A stretch of 64,000 bases of DNA, taken from assembly GCA_964344355.1 (NCBI GenBank), contig CAYFNE010000007.1:7225-71224 (forward strand), in the 5' to 3' direction. The position numbers and the translations under genes are program-made. The stretch is from an uncultured Magnetococcales bacterium. Lineage in GTDB: Bacteria; Pseudomonadota; Magnetococcia; Magnetococcales; CAYFNE01. The notes beneath the pieces were generated by a model. That model was not told where the DNA came from, searched no databases, and was given only the letters and a program-made list of their open reading frames with translations. Of the stretch, positions 45,075 through 54,977 are shown one piece after another (position 1 is the stretch's first letter; each line of letters opens with the position of its first letter).

Positions 45075-47447
45075 TCATGGTCGCACGGTCATTCTCAGTG
45101 TTTTTTCCGCCAGTGCGGCCTCTTCCATCAGCGACGGCAGCAGGTTTTCGGCCTTTTTGAACCGTTTGAAACGGCCGAGGATACCGAGTTTCAAGGCCAG
45201 TTCGGCCAGGGAGGCCATACCCAGTTGGTGGCTGGATCCTTTGAGACCGTTGGCTTCGATATACAGACTCCGGCCCTCTTTGCGGGCGATGGCCTCTTTC
45301 ATGGCCGTGAGCTGTCGTGGCAAATTTTCCAGGAAGGTTTCGACCACCTCCGTGGAAAAGTGATCCAAGGTCGGCAGCAAGGTTTGCAGGGAGTCGGCAA
45401 AGGGGCCGTCGGTCACCGGAACCGGCGGGGATTCGGTTCGTTCTTCTCCATGCAGCCAACGGTTGATCATGTTTTCAAACGTTTGCACCTCGATCGGCTT
45501 GGTCATGTAGTCATCCATGCCGGCCTCCAGACATTTTTCCCGATCCGATGCCATGCCCAGGGCGGTTACGGCCACCACCGGTGTTTTGGGGCGGGTTTTG
45601 CTCTTTTTTTCCATCTGTCGCAATCTCCGGCAGGCGTCGAAACCGTCCATCACCGGCATCAGGCAGTCCATCAAGACCAGATCGAAGGCATGCCCGTTCA
45701 ATTTTTCCAGGGCCTCCTGGCCATTGGTGGCCAACTCCGGTTCGATGCCCATTCGTTGCAGCAGGCGGGTGGTCAGCAGTCGGTTGACCGGGTTGTCCTC
45801 CACCACCATGACCTTGGCCGTTTTTGTCTGAATCACCCGCGGATCGATTTTTTGCACCCGGCTTTTTGCCGGTGCCCGGCCCGTACTCGTCAGCGGCAGT
45901 ATGAAATGAAAGGTGCTGCCCCGGCCCGGCTCGCTCTCCACCCAGATGCGTCCACGCATGATATCGATGAACCGTTTGCACAGGGCCAGTCCCATTCCGG
46001 TGCCGCCGAAATGACGGGAACTGGTGGAATCGACCTGGGTGAACGGGTCAAAAATGAGGGCCTGTTTATCCTCGGCTATGCCGATGCCGGTATCATGAAC
46101 CGAAAAATGCAGGGCGTGTACGTCGGAATAGTCGCGGGCGTGATCGACCTGTAGATGGACGGAACCCCGGTGGGTGAACTTGATGGCATTTCCCAGCAGG
46201 TTCAACAGTACCAGCCGCAAGCGCCGCACGTCACCTTTGAGGTACTCATCCAGACCGTCGGCGAGGCGGCGGGTCAGGGTCAACTCTTTTTGCCGGGCGC
46301 GGGGGGTCTGGATGCTGATCACGTTGTCGATGAGGGCCGGCAATGAAAACGAACGGTTTTCCGGCGGGGCTCCCGGCTCGGAACGGGAAAGCTCCAGAAT
46401 GTCATCGATCAATCCCAGCAGGGCGTGACTGGATTCCCCGAGGGTGGAAACATATTTGCCCTGCTCCAGGTCCAGTTCGGTGCTTTTCAGGAGCTCGGTC
46501 ATGCCGACGATGGCATTCATGGGCGTGCGGATTTCATGGCTCATGATGGCCAAAAATTCACTTTTCGTCCGGCTTCCGGCCTCGGCCAGCTCTTTGGCCA
46601 GGCGCAACTCCTCGGTTCGTTCCGCTACCAGTTCCTGCAGATGATCCCGGTGGCGGTGCAGCTCGGCCTCGACCCGTTTTTGCCGGGTGATGTCCCGTAT
46701 CAGTTCAAAAATGCGCAACGGCTGGTCCTGATCATCCCTGACCAGCCAGGCCCGAACCCGGGCGGGAAAGGTCGACCCGTCCTTTCGGCGATATCTTTTC
46801 TCCCTCAGACCGGTGCAGCCGTGCTGAAACAGGCGCTCATTGGTCGATTGGATCTCCACTTGCCGTTCCTCATCGCCCAGCAACCGTTGCCGCGGCAGGC
46901 TGCGGATTTCCTCCAGATCGTAACCGAGCATGTTGAGATAGGCGGGATTGGCATCTTCGATCCGGCCGTCGAGGTTGACATAGGCGATGCCATCCCGGCT
47001 GGTTTCGAACAGGCTGCGATGTTTCTCTTCGGAGGCCTTGATGATCGATTGGGCCTTTTTTCGTTCCAGGATCAACCGCACCAACTGCCGCATGACCGCC
47101 CAGTTGATCGGTTTGGTGACATACTCTTCGGCCCCGGCCTTGAAGGCCCGATCCACGGAGACATCATCTTCCAGGGCGGTCACCATGATGATCGGCAAAT
47201 CCTGGCCCCGGGGATGGTTTTTGATCGTTTCGCAAGCCTGGAACCCATCCATGTCCGGCATGATGGCATCCATCAGGATCAGATCGGGCAGATGTTTGCG
47301 GAACAGGGTCACGGCCTCTTCCCCGCCCGACGCCTCAATGACCTCGAAACCGCTGCCGTTCAGGAACTGCATCACCACTTCACGGCTGATTTCATCGTCA
47401 TCCACGACCAGGATGAGCGGGCGTTCGCGGCTGTTGGGGTTGCTCAT
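45075..47447 (-). CDS. Hybrid sensor histidine kinase: REC-PAS-HisKA-HATPase-REC-HPt
   Basis: ORF track extends to 47906. Start set to ATG 47447 ([19 protein letters not shown]). H-box [14 protein letters not shown]. HATPase motifs DTGIGI and GTGMGL. Second REC VMVVEDN...DCLMPVMDG. HPt KGSSHQLG. An in-frame ATG at 47653 is an alternative start. Confidence 0.88.
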   Translation of the reverse strand: MSNPNSRERPLILVVDDDEISREVVMQFLNGSGFEVIEASGGEEAVTLFRKHLPDLILMDAIMPDMDGFQACETIKNHPRGQDLPIIMVTALEDDVSVDRAFKAGAEEYVTKPINWAVMRQLVRLILERKKAQSIIKASEEKHRSLFETSRDGIAYVNLDGRIEDANPAYLNMLGYDLEEIRSLPRQRLLGDEERQVEIQSTNERLFQHGCTGLREKRYRRKDGSTFPARVRAWLVRDDQDQPLRIFELIRDITRQKRVEAELHRHRDHLQELVAERTEELRLAKELAEAGSRTKSEFLAIMSHEIRTPMNAIVGMTELLKSTELDLEQGKYVSTLGESSHALLGLIDDILELSRSEPGAPPENRSFSLPALIDNVISIQTPRARQKELTLTRRLADGLDEYLKGDVRRLRLVLLNLLGNAIKFTHRGSVHLQVDHARDYSDVHALHFSVHDTGIGIAEDKQALIFDPFTQVDSTSSRHFGGTGMGLALCKRFIDIMRGRIWVESEPGRGSTFHFILPLTSTGRAPAKSRVQKIDPRVIQTKTAKVMVVEDNPVNRLLTTRLLQRMGIEPELATNGQEALEKLNGHAFDLVLMDCLMPVMDGFDACRRLRQMEKKSKTRPKTPVVAVTALGMASDREKCLEAGMDDYMTKPIEVQTFENMINRWLHGEERTESPPVPVTDGPFADSLQTLLPTLDHFSTEVVETFLENLPRQLTAMKEAIARKEGRSLYIEANGLKGSSHQLGMASLAELALKLGILGRFKRFKKAENLLPSLMEEAALAEKTLRMTVRP

Positions 47448-48138
47448 GGGCGGTTCTTTTTCGGGTGAAAAGGGTGGGAGGTCGCCGATGGGGCATCCAA
47501 GCCGTTGTCGCACCGACCGGTCTTGAACAGGTTTCAAGTGGGCCGGTTGAAAATCCTCCTCTCGACCAGGGCGCCTTCCATGGTTGGCGCCGGGTGGTCG
47601 ATCGGGGTGTCGAAAAACCAGCGGCTGAAATGATTCGGTAATCACCTCCATGCAATTACCGAACCCAACCGTTTCGAGCTGAACCCGAAAACGGTTGCAC
47701 CGCGAATCACCCGTTGCCAACCCTCCCTGGTTGGCGCGAGGTGTCCGGAGATTTCGTGAACCACTCTCACCGTTCGGGCGCCGTGGGTGGAAGGTTCGCC
47801 GTGAACCGGGTTGGCCGTTTCGGCCGGTACCCCGGGGATCCCATGATTCCGATAAGAAGCTGCTGAAAAACCTTACGACAGCCTCTTGCGATCCATGGAT
47901 GGACAATCTTCAAGATAAGGCATGATCGGTTGCATGGGGTATCGCGTGGATGCTCGACAAAGTGTCACGCAGTATAATGGACGAGCGATAAGCTGGTAAA
48001 GGGCTCAGCGGCAGTGAAGGTGGGAATGGTGTGACGGTGTGTAACGAAAGTCAGATGATTTTTTTGCAAAGTCCAAAGATACATCATCCTGCACGGGTCA
48101 TTGTCGACCTCTTTTGATTTGATCGTATCTTATTGATT

Positions 48139-48759
48139 TTATTGGACCAGTCCCAGACGGACGGCATAGTTGGTCATTTCGGCCTTGGTGCGCATGCCGA
48201 GTTTTTCGCGCAATCGGGTTTTGTGGGTATTGACGGTGCTGGGGCTGATGTTCAAGGCCCGGGCGATCTCCTTGTCGGTGAGGCCGGCGGCGATGCGGGC
48301 CAGCACCTGCTGTTCGCGGCTGGAGAGCCTTTTACGGGGGCCGGCGCGATGGATCGCCTCGATCTTGTCGGCCAGCACGGGGCTGAGGAAGCGGCGGCCC
48401 GAGTGGATGGTCCGTACCGCCTGGATCAACTCTTCGAAGGTGTTTTCCTTGAGAATATGGCCCAGCGCTCCCGCCTCTTCGGCTTGCAGGACCAGGGCCG
48501 GATCGTTGTGGCTGGTGAGAATGGCCACCCGTACGTTGGGAAGTTCACGGTTGATGCGGGCGGTCAATTCGATGCCATCCATGCCGGGCATGGAGATATC
48601 GACGATGGCCACATCCACCGGACAATCGCGGATCCGTTGCCAGGCCTCCTGGCCGTCACCAACCTGACAAATCACCTCGATGTCCGGTTCGGCGTTCAAC
48701 AGTCCGGCGAGACCCTGGCGGAACAGGGCGTGATCATCGGCGAGAAAGATACGAATCAT
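48139..48759 (-). CDS. NarL/LuxR-family response regulator
   Basis: Start set to ATG 48759 (MIRIFLADDHALFRQG). REC ...VDISMPGMDG. C-terminal LuxR HTH LSSREQQVLARIAAGLTDKEIARALNISPSTVNTHK. Confidence 0.9.
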   Translation of the reverse strand: MIRIFLADDHALFRQGLAGLLNAEPDIEVICQVGDGQEAWQRIRDCPVDVAIVDISMPGMDGIELTARINRELPNVRVAILTSHNDPALVLQAEEAGALGHILKENTFEELIQAVRTIHSGRRFLSPVLADKIEAIHRAGPRKRLSSREQQVLARIAAGLTDKEIARALNISPSTVNTHKTRLREKLGMRTKAEMTNYAVRLGLVQ

Positions 48760-49002
48760 GTCCGTTCGATCGAATTGGCGGTTGAGGATGGCCGTTCCGG
48801 GTCTGTTTTTATTGTTTTGGGGGTTCTTCCGCAACCGTGGCGAAGACCCGGAACCCGAGGCCGGATCTTCGCACGATTGGACGGTTTCGCCAAGGTTGGT
48901 TCAAAGGGTATCGATATTCCCGATGTCCGGGAAGGGTCATTCGTTCGGGGTGCGGTTCGGATCCCGGGTTTGCCGATGGTGGAAAAACAGGTTCACGAAC
49001 GT

Positions 49003-49911
49003 CTACAGCACGGTACCCCGCACCTGGTTCCTGCCACTGCTCTTCGACAGGTAGAGCATCCGGTCGGCGGTCTCCAGCAGGGGTTCGGGGGTCGAACCCC
49101 TGGTCGGGGTCATCGTTGCATAGCCGATGCTGGTGGTGACGACATCGGCGGAGGTGGAACCGGCATGGGGGATGCGCAACGCCTCGACCCGTTCGCGCAA
49201 GTTTTGGGCGAGGATTTCGGTGCCCTTGCAATCCACATGGTAAAGGATGAGGGCGAACTCTTCGCCACCGATGCGGGCCAGGAAATCGGACGGTCGGCGG
49301 ATTCCCCCTTTCAAGGCCTGGGCGACCCGTTTCAAACAGTCATCGCCACGGGCATGACCGTATTGATCATTGAACCGTTTGAAATGGTCGATATCCAGCA
49401 TGATCAGGGACAGGCCGGTTTTTTCCCGCATCGAGCGCCGCCACTCCCGGTCCAGGGTTTCATCGAAATGACGGCGGTTGGATATGCCGGTCAGGCCATC
49501 CGTAACCACCAACCGTTCCAACTCCTCCAGTTTGCGTTTGTAGGTCAGGTGCAGGTGAATCCGCGCCCGTATCTCCCCGGGACTCAGGGAACGGTCGATA
49601 TAATCGGTCACGCCGGTCTTGGCGGAAAAACAGTCATCGTTGGAGTGTCCCGTGGAGACCAGGAGCACCAGGGGTGTGTTTTTCCAGGACGGTTTGGAGT
49701 TCAAGTGACGATGCATTTTTTGAATGTCCATATCGGCCACGGCCACATCCAGGAATATCAGGTCTGGTTGGTTTTTTTCGGCGATTTCCAGGGCTTCCGA
49801 ACCGTTGGTGGCGACGATGACGTCATGATGATCGATCAAGGGGATTGAAATTTGATCGATCTGTTCGGGAATGGTATCGACCACCAGGATCGTTGGTTTT
49901 TTGCCGTTCAT
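49003..49911 (-). CDS. Response regulator-diguanylate cyclase (REC-GGDEF, GGEEF active site, RxxD I-site)
   Basis: REC TILVVDT...LDVAVADMD (atypical). GGDEF domain with RRPSDFLARIGGEEFALIL. Confidence 0.88.
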   Translation of the reverse strand: MNGKKPTILVVDTIPEQIDQISIPLIDHHDVIVATNGSEALEIAEKNQPDLIFLDVAVADMDIQKMHRHLNSKPSWKNTPLVLLVSTGHSNDDCFSAKTGVTDYIDRSLSPGEIRARIHLHLTYKRKLEELERLVVTDGLTGISNRRHFDETLDREWRRSMREKTGLSLIMLDIDHFKRFNDQYGHARGDDCLKRVAQALKGGIRRPSDFLARIGGEEFALILYHVDCKGTEILAQNLRERVEALRIPHAGSTSADVVTTSIGYATMTPTRGSTPEPLLETADRMLYLSKSSGRNQVRGTVL

Positions 49912-49974
49912 GTCCTGAGCCTTTCATTGCTGTCGTTGTCGTTCTTATTCGGATAATGCCCGTTTCACCTTCGC

Positions 49975-52900
49975 TCAGGCGGCATATTGCATGAGCTGGA
50001 CGGGTTGCGGTTTCAGGTGGGCCTTGACCCGATCGACCATGCCGGGCTCACCCGCCGGGCTGTTGGATCGCGGCGTCATGGTGCTGAAAACCTCCGACAA
50101 ACCACGCACCTCCAACACCAGGTTGCGGGAAGCGATTTCCAGGTCCTGCAACAGTCGGAGATGTTCATCCCGGCAGTTCTCCCGTTCCTGCTCGAACCGA
50201 TCGAGCCGGGATTGAATGTCATTTCCCTGTTTGCTGGCCTGGCCGAGAAGTTCGTTGATCCTGCGGTTGGTCAACGCGTTGTCCCGGGGTGGGAAACCGC
50301 CTTTCCGAACGAGGGTCCGGCGGCGCATGTTTTGTGAAATCACCTGGCGCTGGATTTCACTGCAGGCATTCTGAAGGGCATACACCCGCTGGTTGATCGC
50401 CAGGTTGGTTTGCCGTTCGATGTGCTGGATCTCTGCGAGCGTGTCGGCGAATTTGCTTTCCAGCTTTCGTAACCGTTCGACGATGATCGGCTGGCCGCTT
50501 TTGCCCTTGTGGATTTGACGGCTGATCTGATCGAGGTCCAAACCGTCGACGCCGGTGTAGAGAATGGTCCGGACCTGATCGAGATGCTGAAAGGCCGCCA
50601 ATACCTCGTTGAAATCCCGGACGATGCGGCGATACCGTTTTTCGAGGGTACGGATCCGGCCCACCTTGTTCACTCCCAACAACTCCGGCAACCGTTGGGC
50701 GATGTCCAGCAGGGGGAGAAGGCTGTTTTTTTCCAGGTTCGGCAGGTCGGTCCGATGAATCCGCACGGCCTCGGAACCGAAGGCGCGAATCATTTTTTTC
50801 AGTTCGTCATCATCGCCGGTCAATGAATCCAGGCCGCGTAACCAACTGCGGCGGGTGTGTTTGAAATCCGAAAACGGTTCCATGAAGGTTTTTTGGAACA
50901 GGTACCCACTCACCCGTTTCATCCAGGAGGGTGCGACCGGGGTGAATGCCGGCCAACCGAGAAAAACGCCCAGGGTCACCGTTTTGGGATTTTTCCTGCG
51001 GTTCTTCCGAAGGTTGTCGATGTCCCGGGCGCCATTGTTGCCATCATGGTATAGCGCGTTGATCATCAGGGGGGTCGCCTCACCGGTCTGAAGGGTGGTG
51101 TTGAATGCCGATGGCTCCATGCCATGGGCGATGTGGAAATCCCGGGCGAACCGGACCTGGTTCCACATCTGTCCGCGTTCGATATCCCGGAAATGGGCGC
51201 GGAAAGTGGGAACCGTCAAGACATGTTCGGAATCCAGGCCGGGGATGATGCTGTGCAGGAGCCGCCGCAGATGAACCTCTCGGTTGTTGGAAAAAAGGTG
51301 CAGTGTCCGTATGCGATCGATACATCCCTCCATGTCGGCGATGCGAACGGTGAGGAACAGGCTCCGGAACCAGGTGACGGTCCGAACCAGGGCGGAGCGG
51401 TCCTTGCGGTCCCGCAGGATCGGCCGGATATCCTCCAGCATCCGGTAGAAGGCATCCTGCAGGCAGCGCCGGTTGGGCATCGCCACCTCCGGCAGCATCC
51501 TGCGCAGTTCCGGATTTTTGAAATAGTCCTCACTGCGATTGATGAAGGCGGTCTCCCACTCCAACACATCGCCCAGGGCGGTGATCACCGTCTGCCGGTC
51601 CTCGATGCCCAACCGGGCGGTGCGGCGGGCCAGGAGCAGCACGTCGGCCAGGTCCATGCCGGCGGCCAGGGCCAACACCGTCATCAGGATCAAATGGGCC
51701 CAGATGGGTCCGTACTGGTTGGTGAAAAACCGTTTCAGGTCTTCCATGCTCCGGTGGCTGGCCCGGGGAATGGCATGGCGTTTGAGCGCCTCGATGGCGG
51801 AAATTTCCGGGGCGATGGTGATCTCGATGTAATAGTTGTTGAAACGGGCGCCGCCGGCCTTGTCCACCTGTTCGAGGATGTCCACATACCGGGAAACCAA
51901 CCCCTGGAGTTCCTTCATGATCCGGTCATAGTTCACCCGGTGCCGTTCCATCTCCCGGACCACCCGTTCCACCACCTTGTTCACCTGATAGTGTTCCAGA
52001 AAGAAGATGCGGTTGATGCCCGGGAAGAGGGTGTTTTTATCCAAAAGGTTTTTTTCCATCTCATTGAAATGATGACGCGCCCGGGATGTGGTCTGATCAA
52101 GACTTTTCTTGTGTTCGAGGGCGAGTTTTTCCAGTTTGTCGGCCACTGGAACCGAGAGGTCGATGCCGGAGCTGCTCAACATGTAGTCCACCTGTCTGGC
52201 CAGGGGGCCATTGCCGAAGGTGTGGCGAACGTCGCGGCTGCCCGGTTCATAACCGCCGTAGATAATGAACTTCTTTCCCCAAAACCGGGGTCCCGGATAG
52301 GCGATGTTGCTGGAAGCCCGACCTTCCCGTTCATCCTTGGGCAGGGCGTAATAGCGCGCCAAAATGGTCTCGATGGTCCCTTCCAGTTGCGCGTGCAGAC
52401 CATACAGGGAGTCCATGTCTCCCGATGCCACCGCCTTGGAGGAGCCGATGGCGGCGTTGACCTGGTGGCGAATGTCCTCGACCTGCCGGCTCAACTCCAT
52501 CTGTTTGGAAAAGAGGGTGACGAAACCGTCATAGTTGGTCTTGATCGAAACCGCCATCAGCACCGCTGCCAGGGCCGTCCAGCGCGGGTGGCGCATGAAG
52601 GTGTTGCGGATCCCTTTGAGCACCCCGCCGGATTCGGCGATGTTGCGGAACACCCGTCCCTTGAAGTCGAGGATTGCCGAAGAGAACAGGACACCGACGG
52701 CGAAGGAGAGGAGGGTTCGGGCGAGCTCCCCCTCTTCCCCGAGAAAGGGTTGGCCGAACAACGCTTTTCCGAAAGGGGTTTGAACCAGTTCGTTCATTCC
52801 CCAGGCGGTGGTGACGGTCGATCCGCAAAAAAGGAGGGCCACCAGGGGCGGTTTGGCCGAGGAGAACAGTTTGGAAACGGTTTCGGACAGGCGATGCCGG

Positions 52901-53364
52901 AACTGGGGATAGGGATGGGGCTCGGTCCAGATCTCGCGGAAGGTCGGATGAAGGATCGATGGCCGGGGCAACTGATCGAGGACATCGGCATGGATGGCCT
53001 GAAACCGTTGTTCGATCTTTTTCAAACTGTCGCGGAACAGGTGGCGTGCCAACTTGTGCAGCGGATCGTTGTCTAAACGGGATTCATCGCCGATCTCAAC
53101 GGCCTTTTTAAAGGTGTTCATGTGGCTCGTGAACGGTTTTCCGGTCGGTGCCTTGCCGGCGTCGTGACCAATGTCCCGGTTTGAGCCGGGGCCCTGCATC
53201 ATCGGTTGTTGAACGTTTTTCGAATACCAGTGGACGATTTTACGGATGGTCACATTCAAACCACCCTCGCCGATTTCGCTGGCCGAGTTCCAACCAGTTT
53301 GCAGAACGGTCAGCGCTTTTTTGCCGTAGTACTCAAAAAAGGGGTTTTTGTGCGACTTTTTCAT
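49975..53364 (-). CDS. Large hypothetical membrane/coiled-coil protein (1129 aa), no family recognised
   Basis: Uninterrupted 1129-aa ORF. Hydrophobic spans: PPLVALLFCGSTVTTAWGM, LLSFAVGVLFSSAILDF, WTALAAVLMAVSIKTNY, IWAHLILMTVLALAAGMDLADVLLLA. Long heptad-like charged stretches. No P-loop or other catalytic motif seen. Confidence 0.75.
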   Translation of the reverse strand: MKKSHKNPFFEYYGKKALTVLQTGWNSASEIGEGGLNVTIRKIVHWYSKNVQQPMMQGPGSNRDIGHDAGKAPTGKPFTSHMNTFKKAVEIGDESRLDNDPLHKLARHLFRDSLKKIEQRFQAIHADVLDQLPRPSILHPTFREIWTEPHPYPQFRHRLSETVSKLFSSAKPPLVALLFCGSTVTTAWGMNELVQTPFGKALFGQPFLGEEGELARTLLSFAVGVLFSSAILDFKGRVFRNIAESGGVLKGIRNTFMRHPRWTALAAVLMAVSIKTNYDGFVTLFSKQMELSRQVEDIRHQVNAAIGSSKAVASGDMDSLYGLHAQLEGTIETILARYYALPKDEREGRASSNIAYPGPRFWGKKFIIYGGYEPGSRDVRHTFGNGPLARQVDYMLSSSGIDLSVPVADKLEKLALEHKKSLDQTTSRARHHFNEMEKNLLDKNTLFPGINRIFFLEHYQVNKVVERVVREMERHRVNYDRIMKELQGLVSRYVDILEQVDKAGGARFNNYYIEITIAPEISAIEALKRHAIPRASHRSMEDLKRFFTNQYGPIWAHLILMTVLALAAGMDLADVLLLARRTARLGIEDRQTVITALGDVLEWETAFINRSEDYFKNPELRRMLPEVAMPNRRCLQDAFYRMLEDIRPILRDRKDRSALVRTVTWFRSLFLTVRIADMEGCIDRIRTLHLFSNNREVHLRRLLHSIIPGLDSEHVLTVPTFRAHFRDIERGQMWNQVRFARDFHIAHGMEPSAFNTTLQTGEATPLMINALYHDGNNGARDIDNLRKNRRKNPKTVTLGVFLGWPAFTPVAPSWMKRVSGYLFQKTFMEPFSDFKHTRRSWLRGLDSLTGDDDELKKMIRAFGSEAVRIHRTDLPNLEKNSLLPLLDIAQRLPELLGVNKVGRIRTLEKRYRRIVRDFNEVLAAFQHLDQVRTILYTGVDGLDLDQISRQIHKGKSGQPIIVERLRKLESKFADTLAEIQHIERQTNLAINQRVYALQNACSEIQRQVISQNMRRRTLVRKGGFPPRDNALTNRRINELLGQASKQGNDIQSRLDRFEQERENCRDEHLRLLQDLEIASRNLVLEVRGLSEVFSTMTPRSNSPAGEPGMVDRVKAHLKPQPVQLMQYAA

Positions 53365-53423
53365 TGTTTCTTCCTTTCACCCGTTGTCCGGTTCCGGTTG
53401 CCGATTCCCGGCGTGGCGGTTGA

Positions 53424-53672
53424 TCATCCATTCAAAAGGGGGTTGGTCGTTTCCCGATTGACGCCACCCGTGAGCAGCCGGCAGACGGCGGCGAACAAAA
53501 TCAGGTGAGCGGTGTGGCGGGCCAGGGTGTCTAGGTGATGGTCCCGTTGATTTTTTGGTGTTTTCATGGTGGTTTCCGTCAGATGGACCGGGATCGGCGT
53601 TACTGGAGCCGTTATCGCGGTGGCCGGTGTCCGGCGGGGATCGATGTGGGTCCCGTCGCTCGTTCCGTTCAT
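53424..53672 (-). CDS. Hypothetical small protein (82 aa) translationally coupled to the DnaJ-like gene
   Basis: ATGA start/stop overlap with the upstream gene (53669-53672). C-terminal hydrophobic stretch AHLILFAAVCRLLTGGV. No similarity to CbpM recognised. Confidence 0.4.
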   Translation of the reverse strand: MNGTSDGTHIDPRRTPATAITAPVTPIPVHLTETTMKTPKNQRDHHLDTLARHTAHLILFAAVCRLLTGGVNRETTNPLLNG

Positions 53673-54673
53673 GATGCGGCTCCCATCTCGCAGTGGTGCT
53701 GGGCGGTCGTTCGTTCGGGTTGCCAGTTGGTGGTCGGCATGGCGCCCGGTTTTCCTTTCATCCAGCGGGACAACTCCTCACGGGTATCCGAGCTCAGTTC
53801 CGGCAGGATCACTTTCAAGGTGATGATTTGCCGGCCGGGGTCGGCCCCCGGCAAACCATGTCCTTTCAAGATCAATTTTTTGCCGCTGTGGCTGTGCGGG
53901 GGAATTTTGATCTTGACCGGACCGCCGAGGGTCGGAACCGTGACCGTGGCTCCGAACACCGCCTCCCACAGGTTGATTGAAAGTTCGACATGGCTGTCAC
54001 GTCCATCGAGATGAAACAGATCGTGGGGGCGGATGTGGATGGTGAAATAGAGATTTTCCATCGGCGCCCCGCCGGAGGTGGGTTTGCGCCGCAGATGGAT
54101 GGTCTGCCCCTCGATCACCCCGGGCGGAATTTCAACCCGTATCCGCGCCACTTTTTTTCGAGTCCGGGTGTAGATGGCGAACTGTTTATGGCAACCGTTG
54201 AACGCCTCTTCCAGGGTGATGTCGAGGCGGTGGGCCTTGGCCAGGGAGAGGGGCGGGGGGAACCAGGAAGCGCCGCCGTGGCCATTGTGATAGTGGTTCG
54301 TCGGTTGCTGGTCGTTGCCGGGGTCATCGTCCCGGCTCCTGAACAGAAAACCATCCAGGGGTTCACCGAACCCTCCGGCGGTGGAGCCGGGTCGGGGTTC
54401 GTTCCCCTCTTCGTGGAAGGTCGAAGCACCCGGGGTTGGCGCCGGTTTGACCCAGCTGCGGAAGGCCCGGTCGTAAATGGCCCGTTTTTTGGGGTTTTTG
54501 AGCGTTTCATAGGCTTCGTTCAGCTCTTTGAAACGGGCCTCGCTGCCCGGGGCGCGATTGACGTCCGGGTGGCTTTGCAACGCCAACTGGCGAAACCGTT
54601 TTTTGATTTCGTCGATGCCCGCGGTGATCTCGACACCGAGAATTCGATAGTAATCCTTGTAACTCCTGTCCAT
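53669..54673 (-). CDS. DnaJ-class co-chaperone without zinc finger (CbpA-like)
   Basis: ORF track extends to 54790. Start set to ATG 54673 (MDRSYKDYYRILGV). J-domain with HPD (ALQSHPDVN), no Cys-rich zinc-finger region after the J-domain, and C-terminal DnaJ_C-like beta domains. Confidence 0.88.
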   Translation of the reverse strand: MDRSYKDYYRILGVEITAGIDEIKKRFRQLALQSHPDVNRAPGSEARFKELNEAYETLKNPKKRAIYDRAFRSWVKPAPTPGASTFHEEGNEPRPGSTAGGFGEPLDGFLFRSRDDDPGNDQQPTNHYHNGHGGASWFPPPLSLAKAHRLDITLEEAFNGCHKQFAIYTRTRKKVARIRVEIPPGVIEGQTIHLRRKPTSGGAPMENLYFTIHIRPHDLFHLDGRDSHVELSINLWEAVFGATVTVPTLGGPVKIKIPPHSHSGKKLILKGHGLPGADPGRQIITLKVILPELSSDTREELSRWMKGKPGAMPTTNWQPERTTAQHHCEMGAAS

Positions 54674-54977
54674 GATGGCACCTGTGGTTTGAGTGTTTAA
54701 GGAAACCATCCGCTTGTCCCGGTTGTGGGTCGGGAGCCGCCGCCAATGGATCCGCTTGATTACCGAATCCATAGTCAGGAAACGTGCCATAGATGAAAGG
54801 TCTGTTTTTTGTATTTAAAAACAATGCATTGAAAAGATCGGCCGTTTGCTGGCGAGCTACGGGAGGGAGGTTGCAAAATGAGCGGGGAAAAGGGGAAACG
54901 ACCGGGTTTATTGCCGTTTCAAGCGTAATATCAATAAGTTGTATCGTTTGGTCGGAATTGTCACCGGTCGCAATTCG

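Noticed and set aside
47770-47840. GGAAGGTTCGCCGTGAACCGGG segment vaguely like a cobalamin-riboswitch core
   Set aside because: No B12-box and no matching downstream conserved segments are present. The downstream gene is a sensor kinase with no obvious link to cobalamin metabolism, and the resemblance is only a few G/A-rich bases.
47448-47906. N-terminal extensions offered by the ORF track (45075..47906, 54978..56618, 56452..58635, 53669..54790, 26808..29360, 10396.., 15422.., 24721.., 29604.., 40486..44928)
   Set aside because: In each case a downstream in-frame ATG gives a canonical family N-terminus (REC beta-1, J-domain, PPDK_N, AKR, TPR). It often has an SD or a 4-nt start/stop overlap as well. 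The extensions are Pro/Arg/Gly-rich and motif-free. The start sites remain predictions.
48940-48975. GGTTCGGATCC string reminiscent of a tRNA T-arm in the spacer between the GGDEF and LuxR genes
   Set aside because: The flanking bases do not form a T-stem. No acceptor, D or anticodon arms or CCA context could be built.
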